Below, in pieces: positions 39,433 through 49,923 of a DNA stretch of 64,000 nucleotides (position 1 is the stretch's first letter; each line of letters starts with the position of its first letter). Source of the DNA: Myxococcales bacterium (GTDB taxonomy: Bacteria; Myxococcota_A; Polyangia; Polyangiales; DASUME01); the NCBI GenBank assembly GCA_047601445.1, contig JASGJH010000001.1, positions 4,192,001 through 4,256,000 of the forward strand. The letters are read 5' to 3'. The notes beneath the pieces are model-generated. The model saw nothing but the letters and a program-made list of their open reading frames with translations, searched no databases and had not been told where the DNA came from. The position numbers and the translations under genes are program-made.

Positions 39433-40110
39433 CTATCTCAAGTGGTAGACGTAGGTCGCAAAGCGTTCGTTCTCACGCCCCGCGTCCTCCCATCCATAGT
39501 GGTACGGACCAATGTGGTGGAGTCGTATCCGCGTATCGATGAAAACCTTGAAGCCGGCGCGTCGAGCGCGCTCGCAGAACGCGTAGTCTTCACCGAGGTA
39601 CCACGGGCCGGCCTCCGTCTGGACCACGAACGGCAGGAAGTAGGGGACCACCCGCTGACCGAACTGCGTGTTGCACACCGGGAGCTCGGTCGACATGGCA
39701 TCGTAGAGCGCGCGCCGCGTGTACATGAAACCGGTGCCCGCGTAGAGCACCTCTTGTAGGCCGCCACGCGGACCGAACGTGAAGCTGGCGGTGCCTGGAA
39801 GCTCCCGCACAGCCAGCTGCCGTCGTCCCTTCTTCGCGTAGGCGCCTGCGACCAAGACCTGGTCACTCGTCCGCAGTCGCTCCACGTCCGTCGGATCGAA
39901 GGCAATGTCATCATCGATCCACAACAGCTCGTCGAAGCCGTCGTCGAGGGCGCGCGTCGCCATGATGCAGCGCGCGAAATCGATCGCCGCATAGCCACTT
40001 ACGCGTCGCACTTCGATCCCGCTGCGCTCCAGCGCACGCAGGCCTTCCTCACAGGCCGGCTCGGGCTTGCCATGCGTGGTCGGAACGAGCACGACGAGTC
40101 GACTAGTCAT
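39433..40110 (-). CDS. Small GT-A-fold glycosyltransferase
   Basis: IDFARC, LLWIDDDIAF (DxD), AGTGFM, YLGEDYAFCERAR...FIDTRIRLHHIG. Confidence 0.8.
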   Translation of the reverse strand: MTSRLVVLVPTTHGKPEPACEEGLRALERSGIEVRRVSGYAAIDFARCIMATRALDDGFDELLWIDDDIAFDPTDVERLRTSDQVLVAGAYAKKGRRQLAVRELPGTASFTFGPRGGLQEVLYAGTGFMYTRRALYDAMSTELPVCNTQFGQRVVPYFLPFVVQTEAGPWYLGEDYAFCERARRAGFKVFIDTRIRLHHIGPYHYGWEDAGRENERFATYVYHLR

Positions 40111-40119
40111 GGTGCGCAC

Positions 40120-41103
40120 TCATGACGCACTACCGCCGCCCGAGCCGCTGCCGCTGCCAGAACCACTGCCGTCGCCAGCGCCGGATCCACTTCCGCTGTC
40201 GCAACCACTTCCGCTACCCGAGCCTGAACCCGAGCCGCTTCCGTCGCAGCCCTCACTGACCCCGGGCTTGCCATTGAAGTCGTAGTTGGCGAGCTCCGAC
40301 AAGGTGATGATCTGCTGGTGCTTCTCGTCTACGAGCCGGTCTCCATCAATCGCCCAGGATCCGACCTCGTCCGCCGGCGCATTGCGCAGGTAGCTGTATT
40401 GCGAACCGTAGCTACGCCATGACGCTCGATCGCTGGTCTTCCTGTAGAAGCGGTCGGCTTCGAGCGTGATCGACGCGGACGTCGACCAGCCCACACTCGA
40501 GTCGCCAGACTCGGATTCGGTCGAGTGGTGGCCAACCAGGTCTCGCTCGGCGTCGGTCAACGGAGTCACGGTGAACGGGCAGCTGGGGACCGCGTCGCCC
40601 CGTGAAAGCGGCGGGGGTGCGTTGCCTCCCTCCACCGTCAAGATGCGGCAGTTGGCGCTGAGCGTTCCGGTTTCGCCGCCGAGCTGACCTCCGCTGAACG
40701 TCACGGTCGCGCCCGCGATACTCCAGCTGCCAGCGGTGTCGAGCCAGTTCTTGCCCAATTTGAAGTTGTAGGACGCGGCGTCGAACTTCACCGCGCGGTC
40801 TTCGTTGGTGAAGGGAATGTTGTTCTCGACGTGTCCCTGGTACTCGTAGGATCCCTGAATCCAACTCGGATGGAGCTCGTTTGGATTCACGCCGCCGTCC
40901 GGGAGAAGGGGAGCCGGGCCGCCGTCCGTCCAATAAGGCCCTGGGCCGCCGTCGGGACGGACAGGGGTGAGTCCCCCATCGCTCTCGCCGCCGTCGCCTG
41001 CTCCCGGAATGGAACCCGCGCTATCGCCGCAAGATGCGGCCGCCAAGATGATCACGGTGGCTCCGACACCACCACGACCGACGACGAATCTCAGCTTGGA
41101 CAT
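40120..41103 (-). CDS. Lipoprotein with C-terminal Ser-Gly repeat tail
   Basis: AGGAGG RBS; AASC lipobox; DGG linker; tail GCDGSGSGSGSGSGSGCDSGSGSGAGDGSGSGSGSGSGGGSAS. Confidence 0.75.
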   Translation of the reverse strand: MSKLRFVVGRGGVGATVIILAAASCGDSAGSIPGAGDGGESDGGLTPVRPDGGPGPYWTDGGPAPLLPDGGVNPNELHPSWIQGSYEYQGHVENNIPFTNEDRAVKFDAASYNFKLGKNWLDTAGSWSIAGATVTFSGGQLGGETGTLSANCRILTVEGGNAPPPLSRGDAVPSCPFTVTPLTDAERDLVGHHSTESESGDSSVGWSTSASITLEADRFYRKTSDRASWRSYGSQYSYLRNAPADEVGSWAIDGDRLVDEKHQQIITLSELANYDFNGKPGVSEGCDGSGSGSGSGSGSGCDSGSGSGAGDGSGSGSGSGSGGGSAS

Positions 41104-41448
41104 GCGCCAGCCTCCTTTCGCGAAGCATCGCGATGCTCCGAGCCATGCGACCTGGAGGCACGCCAATCTAAGAAAGCCAAACCTGCGGGTCCATGGTCAC
41201 TTCTTCGACGTTCGCTTCTCGAGCGAAGCCGGCTGGTTGTTCCACGACGATCGGGTGCGTTTGGTGAAGTCGCGTGCATGAAGCTCGCGGTTAGCAAGCA
41301 GCACGCCGACACTCATTTTCCGCCCCATCCAAGCGAACACCCCTGACTGGTCTCGGTCAGCGCTGGACTGCGTTGCGTGACGCCGGACGCTTCGTGCACA
41401 CGGGGTTGCGCGAGTTGCGCAGCGCCTTGCGCAACCTCAGCGCCTTGG

Positions 41449-42426
41449 TCATTGGCGACGGCGCTTCTTCCTCGCCGCCGGTCGCACTGGACGCACCTTT
41501 TCGGGGATGCGTTCGTCGTCAACCACCAACCCGGGTCCCAGCGCGCGCGGCAATCGGGCCAGCATCCAATCGATGAAAGCCCGGACCTGTGCGGGCACGA
41601 AGAGCCTTTCAGGGTAAACGAGCGCCATACGACCTTCGACGCGCAGTATCTTTGGCAAAACAGCCACCAGCCTGCCGCTCTCGACATGGGGAGCTGCCGC
41701 AAGCTCGGGCACGAGAGCGATTCCTTGTCCACGCGCTGCTAACCGACAGAGTAGCTCCGGGCTGTTCGAGAAGAACGCTCCGTCCAGGGCAATCTTGCTG
41801 CGGCCGCTCGCCCAGTGTGTCTGCGGAAATTCGCCGCGGGCGAAGCCCATCAGACAACGATGGCGAGGCAAATCGCTTAGCCTCCCAGGCTCGCCGTGCT
41901 CGGCGAGATACCCTGGGGAAGCGACCCCGATCAGCTGGGTACGCGCGATCGTACGCGCGACGAGGCCAGGCTCCAGTTGTTCGGTTGCCCGGATGGCAAC
42001 GTCGTAGCCCTCGCGCTTCAAGTCGACCATTCGACTCGAGAAGAATGCGTGAAGACGCACCTGCGGATGCGCCTCCGCGAACTCGGCGATGGTGTCCAAA
42101 ATCGCCGCACCAGTCATGGGCGGCAAGGAGACCCTGAGCTCGCCAGCGATCGGGCCGCCGGTACGCCGAACGCTCGACTCTGCCTGACTCGCCGCCTCCA
42201 GCACGAGGCGGGCCTGCCGATAGAACGTCTCGCCGACATCGGTGAGCGTGAGGCTTCGCGTGGTTCTCCGGAGCAAGCGGACACCGAGCCGTTGCTCGAG
42301 CCGAGAGAGGCGCTTTCCGAGGGTGGCGCGCGGGATGCCGAGTTCGGCAGCGGCTCGCGTCAGGGACTTCGCATCGACAGCCTTCGCGAAGGCCAACAGT
42401 TCGGCATTGTCGAGGGGCTCTTTCAT
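41449..42426 (-). CDS. LysR-family regulator (CrgA/DmlR-like)
   Basis: SLTRAAAELG...LEQRLGVRLLRRTTRSLTLT; VDLKREGYDVAIR; divergent from an oxidoreductase. Confidence 0.94.
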   Translation of the reverse strand: MKEPLDNAELLAFAKAVDAKSLTRAAAELGIPRATLGKRLSRLEQRLGVRLLRRTTRSLTLTDVGETFYRQARLVLEAASQAESSVRRTGGPIAGELRVSLPPMTGAAILDTIAEFAEAHPQVRLHAFFSSRMVDLKREGYDVAIRATEQLEPGLVARTIARTQLIGVASPGYLAEHGEPGRLSDLPRHRCLMGFARGEFPQTHWASGRSKIALDGAFFSNSPELLCRLAARGQGIALVPELAAAPHVESGRLVAVLPKILRVEGRMALVYPERLFVPAQVRAFIDWMLARLPRALGPGLVVDDERIPEKVRPVRPAARKKRRRQ

Positions 42427-42572
42427 TAGGAACGTTTTGTAGCAGATGTTGTTCACTTGGCGTGCATTGTCGCGGATGGCCAAAGGCCGCAGAGTAGGAG
42501 GAGTCGAGCCCCTTGGTCGTGCCAGGACGTTCCCGGCACCGGGCTCCCTTTTGTCCGCAGGGAGGTTTTCGA

Positions 42573-43409
42573 ATGATTGGAGTCATCGGAGCGAGTGGAA
42601 ATGTGGGTTCGTCCTTGGTACGCGAGCTTGCAGCCGCGGGTCAGGACGTCGTGGCGGTCTCGCGCAGCGGGGGTAGCGGCTCCGGCCGCGTGCAGCACGT
42701 TGCGGCGGATCTCGCTGAGCCAGGAAAGGTGCGCGATGCGCTACGCGGCGTGGCTTCCGTGTTCCTGATGATCGCCGGCGCTGGCGAGGGACTCGACCTG
42801 GGCGCGCTCGTTTCTGCCGTGGCGGATACGGGTGCTCGACGCGTCGTGCTCCTGTCGTCCATCGGCACGCGGTCGCGGCCGACGGCCATGTCGCACGAGC
42901 CGCTGCGCGTGCTCGAGAAAGAGGTCATGGCTTCCGCACTTGCCTGGACCATTCTGCGCCCCGGGGGCTTTGCATCGAATGCGAAGGCATGGATCCCAGG
43001 CATCCGCGCGAGAGGAGTCGTGGAAGCCCCCTTCGGCGACATCGCGATTCCCGTGGTCGACCCCGCTGACATCGCATCGATGGCGTCCGCAGCACTGCTC
43101 CATGAGCGTCATGCGGGCGCGGTCTACGAGCTCACTGGCCCTGCCCCCATCTCCCCGCGCGCGCAGATGCATGCCATCGCAGAAGCGACAGGCGTTCCGC
43201 TGACGTTCGTCGACCTCGGGCGCGCGCAGGCCGCCGCTGCATGGCGCACGTTCATGCCAGCGGCAGTCATCGAGACCACTCTCGACGCGCTCGGAAATCC
43301 CAACGAGCTGGAGCGCCGCGTGAGCCCCGATATCGAGCGCGCGCTCGGTCGGCCACCTCGACCGTTTTCGGCGTGGGCTGCACGCAACGCCGACGCTTTT
43401 CGCTCGTAG
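42573..43409 (+). CDS. NmrA-like NAD(P)-binding atypical SDR
   Basis: GGAGG RBS; VIGASGNVG, WTILRPGGFASN, VDPADIA, YELTGP. Confidence 0.9.
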   Translation: MIGVIGASGNVGSSLVRELAAAGQDVVAVSRSGGSGSGRVQHVAADLAEPGKVRDALRGVASVFLMIAGAGEGLDLGALVSAVADTGARRVVLLSSIGTRSRPTAMSHEPLRVLEKEVMASALAWTILRPGGFASNAKAWIPGIRARGVVEAPFGDIAIPVVDPADIASMASAALLHERHAGAVYELTGPAPISPRAQMHAIAEATGVPLTFVDLGRAQAAAAWRTFMPAAVIETTLDALGNPNELERRVSPDIERALGRPPRPFSAWAARNADAFRS

Positions 43410-43693
43410 CTCCACACCAGCGCCCGTCGACGTCCGTCTCGACGCCCATGGCAGCGTGGGGTCGTCAATGGAACCGATCGGCCTCGTATCCTGGCGCCCC
43501 CCTGAGGAGTGAATCGGCGGTGCGCAGAAAGTGCGCCAAAGCGACCCGGAGGCGAATGGTTTGCAGCGCATCGCTCGCCGGTGCTGCACGCGCGCAGGCC
43601 AAGTGCCCCGAGGTTTACGCGTTGGGCCCGCCTCTTGCTCGGGTTCAAAGCATGGGGCTGAGACACTCACGGCGAAAGAAAGGACGGCGTTCC

Positions 43694-44743
43694 ATGGAGC
43701 AGCAGGAAGTGAGCGACCACATCTCGCGGCCGGCGCAGCCGCACAATCGAGTCGTTCAACTCCGACATTTCGGAGGTCCCGAAGAGCTCGAGGTCATCGA
43801 GGCCGCGTTGCCTACGCCAGGCCGGGGCGACGTACGCGTTCGCGTGCTCGCCGCAGGCATCGAATACACGGAGGTGACTATCCGGCGTCATCTGTATCCG
43901 TGGGTGCGTCGCAAGCCGCCGTTCGTGATGGGCTACGACGTGGTTGGCGAGATCGATCAAGTCGGCGCCGACGTCGACAACTTTCGCGTGGGCGACGTCG
44001 TCGCGGACATGACGATGATCGGATCGGACGCCACCTACCGGACGCTTCCGGCGGCCGCCCTCACACGCGTACCGCCAGGCGTGGACGCGGCGGAGGCGGC
44101 CGCGATGATCTTGAGCTGGACCACCGCCTACCAGCTTCTCCATCGGGCCGCTCGCGTTCGGCCCGGCCAGCGTGTGCTCGTGCAGGGCGCGGCCGGTGCC
44201 GTCGGGCAGGCCCTACTCGTCTTGGGGAAACTCGCCGGCGTGGAGTTGTGGGGCACCGCCCGCGGCAAGCACGCAGCACTCATCCGCACACTCGGCGGCA
44301 TACCCATCGACTACCAACGCGAAGACTTCATCCGTGCTCTGCCTGGCGGTTTCGACGTGGTATTCGACGGTATCGGCCAGGATGGCTTTCGCCCCGCGCT
44401 CGCCGCGCTCCGGCCGGGCGGCCTGCTCTGCTTCTATGGATACTCGGCGAGCGTCGCCGACGGGAGCAGCCTACGCGCCATCCTGGCATTGATGGGAAGC
44501 CTGTACCTGCGAGCCCGGCTCTCGAATGGCAAGCGCGCCCGCGCCTACTCGATCAACACGATGCGCGCGCGCCACCCCGCGTGGTTCAAGGAGGACCTCG
44601 AGCGGCTCTTCGGCATGTTGGCCGCTGGCACCATCCGACCGCGCATCGCCGAGCGCATTTCCTTCGAGCAGGTCAGCGACGCACACCGCCGGCTCGAGGC
44701 AGGAGGGCTCGACGGGAAGTTGGTGCTCTGTCCGGGCGGATAG
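43694..44743 (+). CDS. Zinc-independent MDR / quinone oxidoreductase-like protein
   Basis: FGGPEEL, MGYDVVGEI, TAYQLLHR, VQGAAGAVG, GKLVL. Confidence 0.9.
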   Translation: MEQQEVSDHISRPAQPHNRVVQLRHFGGPEELEVIEAALPTPGRGDVRVRVLAAGIEYTEVTIRRHLYPWVRRKPPFVMGYDVVGEIDQVGADVDNFRVGDVVADMTMIGSDATYRTLPAAALTRVPPGVDAAEAAAMILSWTTAYQLLHRAARVRPGQRVLVQGAAGAVGQALLVLGKLAGVELWGTARGKHAALIRTLGGIPIDYQREDFIRALPGGFDVVFDGIGQDGFRPALAALRPGGLLCFYGYSASVADGSSLRAILALMGSLYLRARLSNGKRARAYSINTMRARHPAWFKEDLERLFGMLAAGTIRPRIAERISFEQVSDAHRRLEAGGLDGKLVLCPGG

Positions 44744-45169
44744 CGCCCTGTCGGAGGTCACGCCAGACCCGCAAGCGACCCAGGCATCAACGCCGGCTTT
44801 CTCCGCCCTACGCGTCCTCGCGCATCCGCTGCCATCGCCCCCAAAGGAGCACCCCGCGTGCGAGGGCATGAACGTGAACGTGAGCTCGGAGCAAGCACGC
44901 GCGCAGGCACCGGCCCCAGGTGAAACACGCCGTAGGCGTTGTGGCAGGGATGGTCAGCGGAATACGGCGCGGAAGGCCAGCGCTCGGTCACGCGACGTGG
45001 AGCATCTTCTTGCTTGATACGAGAAAAGGCTGAGGCCGGGCGCCGGGAGCCACGGAACTTGCCCTCGCGGATGACTCGCCCGTGGACCGTGCAGATGCCC
45101 GCAGCCTCCGCGCGCACATGCTGAGCGCTCACGTTCGCTCGCTGCTCGCGCGGAGGAACGCCAGGCGAC

Positions 45170-45670
45170 CTAATGCCGCTGATGCCCGGCTTCGCCGCCG
45201 GAGGCTTGCGGTCCGCGCTCACGGCCGGATTCGCCGTCTCCTTGAGCAGAGGTTTGCTGCGGGTGCTGGTGATGTCCGTGTTCGCCACCTTCGCGCAGAC
45301 AGAGCAGCGCGTCATCGCGGCCCTTCTTGCACACGCCCTCAACGTTGCCGTCGTTGCCAGCAACCGTGCACTTGTCGCCCTCTGCGCTCGACGTGCACGC
45401 GCTCGCCAGCGCTTGTGTGTCTGGACGACCTTGCGCCATGCCCTCAGCATGCTTGTGCTCACCTGGATGCTGCCCCTCCTCATCGGCGGGCCCTTCGCGA
45501 TTCCCGGCTTCGCGGTTCTCGCCGCGCCCGCCCTCTTCCCTGGGACCTGCGAACGATCCGGGGCGATGACCCTCGTGCGCTCCTTCTGCTTGGTGCTGCG
45601 TGGCGCAGCCCGTGCCCATACCAATACCGATTGCGATTGCGATGACTGCGTGCTGACCAAACGACTTCAT
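45170..45670 (-). CDS. Small His/Gly/Glu-rich lipoprotein with a four-Cys domain
   Basis: GAGGGGGAG RBS; GTGC; ACTSSAEGDKC...GVCKK...LLCLR; HGHHQH. Confidence 0.65.
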   Translation of the reverse strand: MKSFGQHAVIAIAIGIGMGTGCATQHQAEGAHEGHRPGSFAGPREEGGRGENREAGNREGPADEEGQHPGEHKHAEGMAQGRPDTQALASACTSSAEGDKCTVAGNDGNVEGVCKKGRDDALLCLREGGEHGHHQHPQQTSAQGDGESGRERGPQASGGEAGHQRH

Positions 45671-46028
45671 GACGTAGATCTCTCCCCCTCAAGCGTCTGA
45701 CTGCGTGCGCGCGCATGTACGAGCGTCGAACGCAACCATTCTGACGATGACGAGCTGCAATCTACCGTTCGCTCGAACGCGACGACAACAGCGATCACAC
45801 AACACGAACAACGCGAAGCCCGAGCGCGCATTTTTTCCGCACGAAGTTCACGCGCCACCAAAGGTTCTTCACGCAACTTTACGTACGCAACGGAGCGTCT
45901 TTGCACGAGCAACCGCGATGCGCTCCAACCATTCACGAGAAGGAATTTCGAGCCGCTTTTCGCTAATCCATCCGCACCACCGTGCACGTGCAGAGCGTGT
46001 GGCGCGCGATCCGCGATGCCTCTTGCGG

Positions 46029-46397
46029 CTACTGCCCATCGCGCGCATCCGCCACGTTCGACATCAGCCGCCTCGCCAGTGCCTCAGGCTCCGCCGTGGT
46101 GATCAGCAGCCGACTGAACGACGCACCTTCGAGCTCCACGACGAGCGCAGGACTACGCCCATACACGGCGCAGAAGTCCTTCCCGAACGAGCCGCGGGTC
46201 GTGCCCAACATGATCACCCATGGGATTCCCGTACCCGGCGCACGAAAGCCGCGAAGCTCACTCCATGGAGTCGTCGTCACCCAGGCGCGCTTCACGCGGG
46301 ACAGGTCGACACGCACGTCTCCTTGCAACGCGCCGACCTTCTCCAATGTACTGAGCCGGACGACAAGCTCTCCGGAATCGACCGTAAGGTGGGCCAT
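46029..46397 (-). CDS. Small conserved hypothetical protein
   Basis: LVVRLSTLEKVGAL, GFRAPGTGIP...LGT, KDFCAV. Confidence 0.65.
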   Translation of the reverse strand: MAHLTVDSGELVVRLSTLEKVGALQGDVRVDLSRVKRAWVTTTPWSELRGFRAPGTGIPWVIMLGTTRGSFGKDFCAVYGRSPALVVELEGASFSRLLITTAEPEALARRLMSNVADARDGQ

Positions 46398-46693
46398 GAC
46401 GCTGGTGTACCAGCGCGTCCCAGCGCCGTCCAAGGCGCCCCGAGGAGCCATTGGCTCTACGCGATGCTCCGACGCGGGGAGCTTCCAGAGCCGGGCGCGC
46501 TGCTCGGACAGACTACCGAAGGCTTCCCCCAAGCTGCAACACACGGGCCGCCCTAGTTGCACGTGGCGACCCGAGGGTGCTCCTCGGCGTCGTCGCTCTC
46601 GAGGGCGAACCCGACCGCGCGATCGGTTGAAGGGAAATCCGCCCGGTGTCGTGAACCAAGCGCTCGAACGGGCAGCTTGCTCGGGCCGCCGCG

Positions 46694-47803
46694 CTACATC
46701 CAGTGCTTGTGTTGGGAGGACCATGGGCTCGAGCACAACGCGCAGTCGTCTCCGAAGAAGAACTTGCGCGCGGCCTGGTCGCCGCAAGTCCAGAGTCTGA
46801 GCCACGCAATGATGGGAGCTCGCTCGGCTTCCATGCCTCGACACTGCATATCTCCGCCCGCCTGCGGAATGGCGATCCCGGCGATCGGACAGAACGTCGG
46901 GTTGGGATCGAGCGGATAGAGGTGCCCCGCGTTGGCGTCCTGCAATGTCGCGTAGAAGGTCTGGACGGTCGACTTCTCGTAGTTCGGCGTGACATAGCCG
47001 GATGCCGTCACGAACGTGTCACCTGTCGACGTGAAGAGGATGAGTGGACTGTGCATGTCCTCGAAGGCAGTGTCCCCGCGCGGCGGCATGCCGTGGATCG
47101 AAACCGTCGTCTTCACGTTGGGCCGATTGGCCGTATCGATCGCCGCGCCTCCACCCCACGAGTAGCCGATGGTCGCCTCGCGAGAGGTGTCCAGCTTGCC
47201 CTTCATGGCGCCAGATTCATTCTGCATGATCAACCAGTCGAGCCCGTCCGAGAGACACGGTCGCTCTGCCATGGTGTCGTTGCATGCGATGATCACGAAC
47301 CCGTGGCTCGCGATGAGCTTGAGCGTCTCTTGGTACAAGTAGGGCTGCGTTGCGATTCCGTTGCCCCAGGTTGCGATCGGATGCTTGAAGCCATCTCGAC
47401 CGAGTGAAGCATCGGGCCGAAACAGTGTGTAATTCGAGCTGGGTCCGACCCCCTCGAACATCTTGGCATCGCCGAAGGGACCGGGCGCGGCATAGTCGTT
47501 CACGGGTGGCAGGGTCTCGCAGGTGCCCGGGGTGGGTGCATCGCCGTCACCACCAGCACCCACGGTGCTTCCGCCATCACGGTCGCCCCCAACGGAGCCT
47601 CCAGTTCCGCCATCCTCGCGCGTATCGCTGTCGTCCTCATTGCGCGCATCGCCATCACCGTTGCCGGTGCCGTCATCGACCTCACGATCGCCATCTCCGA
47701 CTTCGGCAGGGTCGCCGGCCTCGCCCAAGCTCGCTTGGCGATCGCAACCGACTGCAAGCAGGCCGACCAGGGACAACGGAAGCAGGACCTCATACGTCTT
47801 CAT
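46694..47803 (-). CDS. Cutinase/polyesterase-like alpha/beta hydrolase lipoprotein
   Basis: GAGGTGGAG RBS; AVGC; YAAPGPF, WGNG, IASHGFVIIA, GYSWGGG nucleophile, TGDTFV, AGHL. Confidence 0.8.
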   Translation of the reverse strand: MKTYEVLLPLSLVGLLAVGCDRQASLGEAGDPAEVGDGDREVDDGTGNGDGDARNEDDSDTREDGGTGGSVGGDRDGGSTVGAGGDGDAPTPGTCETLPPVNDYAAPGPFGDAKMFEGVGPSSNYTLFRPDASLGRDGFKHPIATWGNGIATQPYLYQETLKLIASHGFVIIACNDTMAERPCLSDGLDWLIMQNESGAMKGKLDTSREATIGYSWGGGAAIDTANRPNVKTTVSIHGMPPRGDTAFEDMHSPLILFTSTGDTFVTASGYVTPNYEKSTVQTFYATLQDANAGHLYPLDPNPTFCPIAGIAIPQAGGDMQCRGMEAERAPIIAWLRLWTCGDQAARKFFFGDDCALCSSPWSSQHKHWM

Positions 47804-48011
47804 GAACTCCACCTCGCGAGCGCGCACTACGAGCTGCGCGTCGCGAATGGATTGCACGCGTCACAAGCGCCTGCACCTCAGAAACAGGACGCGGCGCGAC
47901 GGCGCATTCAATTGGCTCAAAGTGTTTGCTCGCGAGATTCAGCGCCGAATGGCTCGCTTGACTCTTCACGTCATCGCGTTTGTTATCTCTGCCAGAGACG
48001 GCTCGCGCCGC

Positions 48012-49637
48012 TCAGTGCACCACGACGCGACCGCCGCCGCCGCCACCACCGCCACCGCCCAAGACCGAGTTGGGCGCGTCGCTTCCGTTGCCGGACGTAC
48101 TGCCGCAACCCGCGCCGCTGCACAAACCTCCCGTCGCGCCGTTACCACCGTCGTTCTTGCCGCCCGCAGCTGCGCTGTCGTCCGCCGTGTGTCCGTCGGC
48201 GCCGCTGGTGCTCGCCCCACACTCGTTGCCACCGCCGCCGCCGCCGCCATGAACGCGCAGCCTGCCGCCCGAGCCGATGCTCGGCGTGCTCACGGCCTCG
48301 AGCAGGATGGCGCCACCGCTGCCGCCACCGCCGCCGCCGTCGCCGACGCAATCATCGTTGTCGTCGTTGCCTTGGCCGCCACCGCCTGCCGCGCTCAAGG
48401 TCGCGCCGTTGTTGCCGGTGCCAATCACGATCGTGCCGCTGGCGCTGATCTGAAGTGCACCGCCGCCCGCGCCGCCGTCGCCCTTGAGGATGCTGCCTCG
48501 GATCGCATCTCCCCCCCTGCCGCCCGAGCAGCCACCAAACAACGGAACGAGGGTCGTGTTGCTGCTGACGCCGCCCGCACTTCCGCCGCCGCCGCTGCCG
48601 CTGCCAGAATTGCCGGCGCCACCCTGGCCGCCGATGGTGCCGAAGCCACCACCGCCGCCGCCGTCGCTGTCGCCAGGGAACGTGCCCGTGCGGCCGGCGC
48701 CACCCTCGAGCCCAGCGCACTGGCTGGCGAGGCTACCGCCGGGCCCAGCGTTCGTTCCATTGGCCGAAGCGTCGATCCTGCCGCCGCTGTCGACGGTCAC
48801 GTTGCCGTCGACCAAGAACACGATGGGCTTGTCGCCCCTCAGCTGGATCAGGTGGTTGGCGGTGACGGTCATCCCGGTGAGTCGGACCACCATCACCGTC
48901 GGCCCGCTGGCGTCGAGCTGCGCCACACCGTTGCTGGCGTCGAGGGTGGCCGTGCCACCGCAGTCGTCGCCACTGAGCTGCCCGGTGCTGGAGTCGATGA
49001 TAGTGGTGGCGTTGTTGGTGCAGTTCCAGCTCGGTGAGCCCACGAACGACTGCTGCGTCATATCGATGTTGCTCGGTGTGTACGGGAAGCAGGCCAGCGT
49101 GCTCGCCATGCAGCTATCATGGGTCGCCCCGTTCACGCACGTCACCAGGCCCGTGCTCGCGCATGTCCCCGTGCCGCAGGTGCTCGGCACCACCACGTAG
49201 TCATCGTCGGGCACGCCGTCGCAGTCGTCGTCGACTCCGTCACAGGTCGTGTCGTCTTGGTTCAGAGGTTCGCCAGGCAGACACGCCGTCTCCAGGCCCC
49301 CCACGCAGGTCGAGGGAGTGTTGTTGTCTCGGCAATAGCCGACCCCGCACGAGGTATCCGGCACGTACGAGCTGTCATCCACGCCGGGACAGGCATCCGA
49401 GCAATCCGCCGTGCCATCGCCGTCGGAGTCCGTGCTGCATGAGCCGGTCGCGTCTGGAGCATTGCTCGCGTCGCCGACGCTGGGGCCTCCGTCCTGCAGA
49501 ACGGTGCTTGCATCCGAGGCGCCGTCTTCGTCCGTGAGAGGCAACAGGTCGAGCCCAATGCGACCACATCCGAGGCACCCGATCGCCAGGAGCCCCTGAA
49601 GCAGGCGGATGCGATGCCCTCGATTCGCGCCGATCAC
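48012..49637 (-). CDS. Cys/Asp-rich, Gly-rich surface lipoprotein
   Basis: CLGCGRIG lipobox; DSDGDG..DC.D.CP; CDGVDDDCDG; GGGGGG/GAGGGALQI/GGGSGGAILLEA blocks; start uncertain. Confidence 0.78.
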   Translation of the reverse strand: MIGANRGHRIRLLQGLLAIGCLGCGRIGLDLLPLTDEDGASDASTVLQDGGPSVGDASNAPDATGSCSTDSDGDGTADCSDACPGVDDSSYVPDTSCGVGYCRDNNTPSTCVGGLETACLPGEPLNQDDTTCDGVDDDCDGVPDDDYVVVPSTCGTGTCASTGLVTCVNGATHDSCMASTLACFPYTPSNIDMTQQSFVGSPSWNCTNNATTIIDSSTGQLSGDDCGGTATLDASNGVAQLDASGPTVMVVRLTGMTVTANHLIQLRGDKPIVFLVDGNVTVDSGGRIDASANGTNAGPGGSLASQCAGLEGGAGRTGTFPGDSDGGGGGGFGTIGGQGGAGNSGSGSGGGGSAGGVSSNTTLVPLFGGCSGGRGGDAIRGSILKGDGGAGGGALQISASGTIVIGTGNNGATLSAAGGGGQGNDDNDDCVGDGGGGGGSGGAILLEAVSTPSIGSGGRLRVHGGGGGGGNECGASTSGADGHTADDSAAAGGKNDGGNGATGGLCSGAGCGSTSGNGSDAPNSVLGGGGGGGGGGRVVVH

Positions 49638-49923
49638 CGAGGCTTTCTTGGGCTTTCCCGTCGTTGAACACACTGCCTGCCTCGGGGCGCCCAAGTCCGC
49701 TTCTCCTCGCGCTCTAGTATCCCGACATCGCAGCCAATCTTCTGTACCTGAGCTCACGGACTTGCTTGTTCATCGCCGCCGACAAAAGGAAGTCATCTCT
49801 GCGAGATGGGAAGGCGCACGATGGATCCCCGTAGGCAGTTCTCGCGAGCCTGTCGCGGATAGCTTGTTGAGCTCAGGGGAGAGCAAGGAAGTGTGGGCGG
49901 GAGACGCGCGAGCTTGGGCTGGC

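Noticed and set aside
45700..46000. Loose TTCACG-like repeats upstream of the His-rich lipoprotein
   Set aside because: Irregular spacing and degenerate; not distinguishable from chance by eye
47523..49200. Ala-rich and Pro-rich + strand ORFs
   Set aside because: Shadows of the Gly-rich - strand lipoprotein and the hydrolase linker
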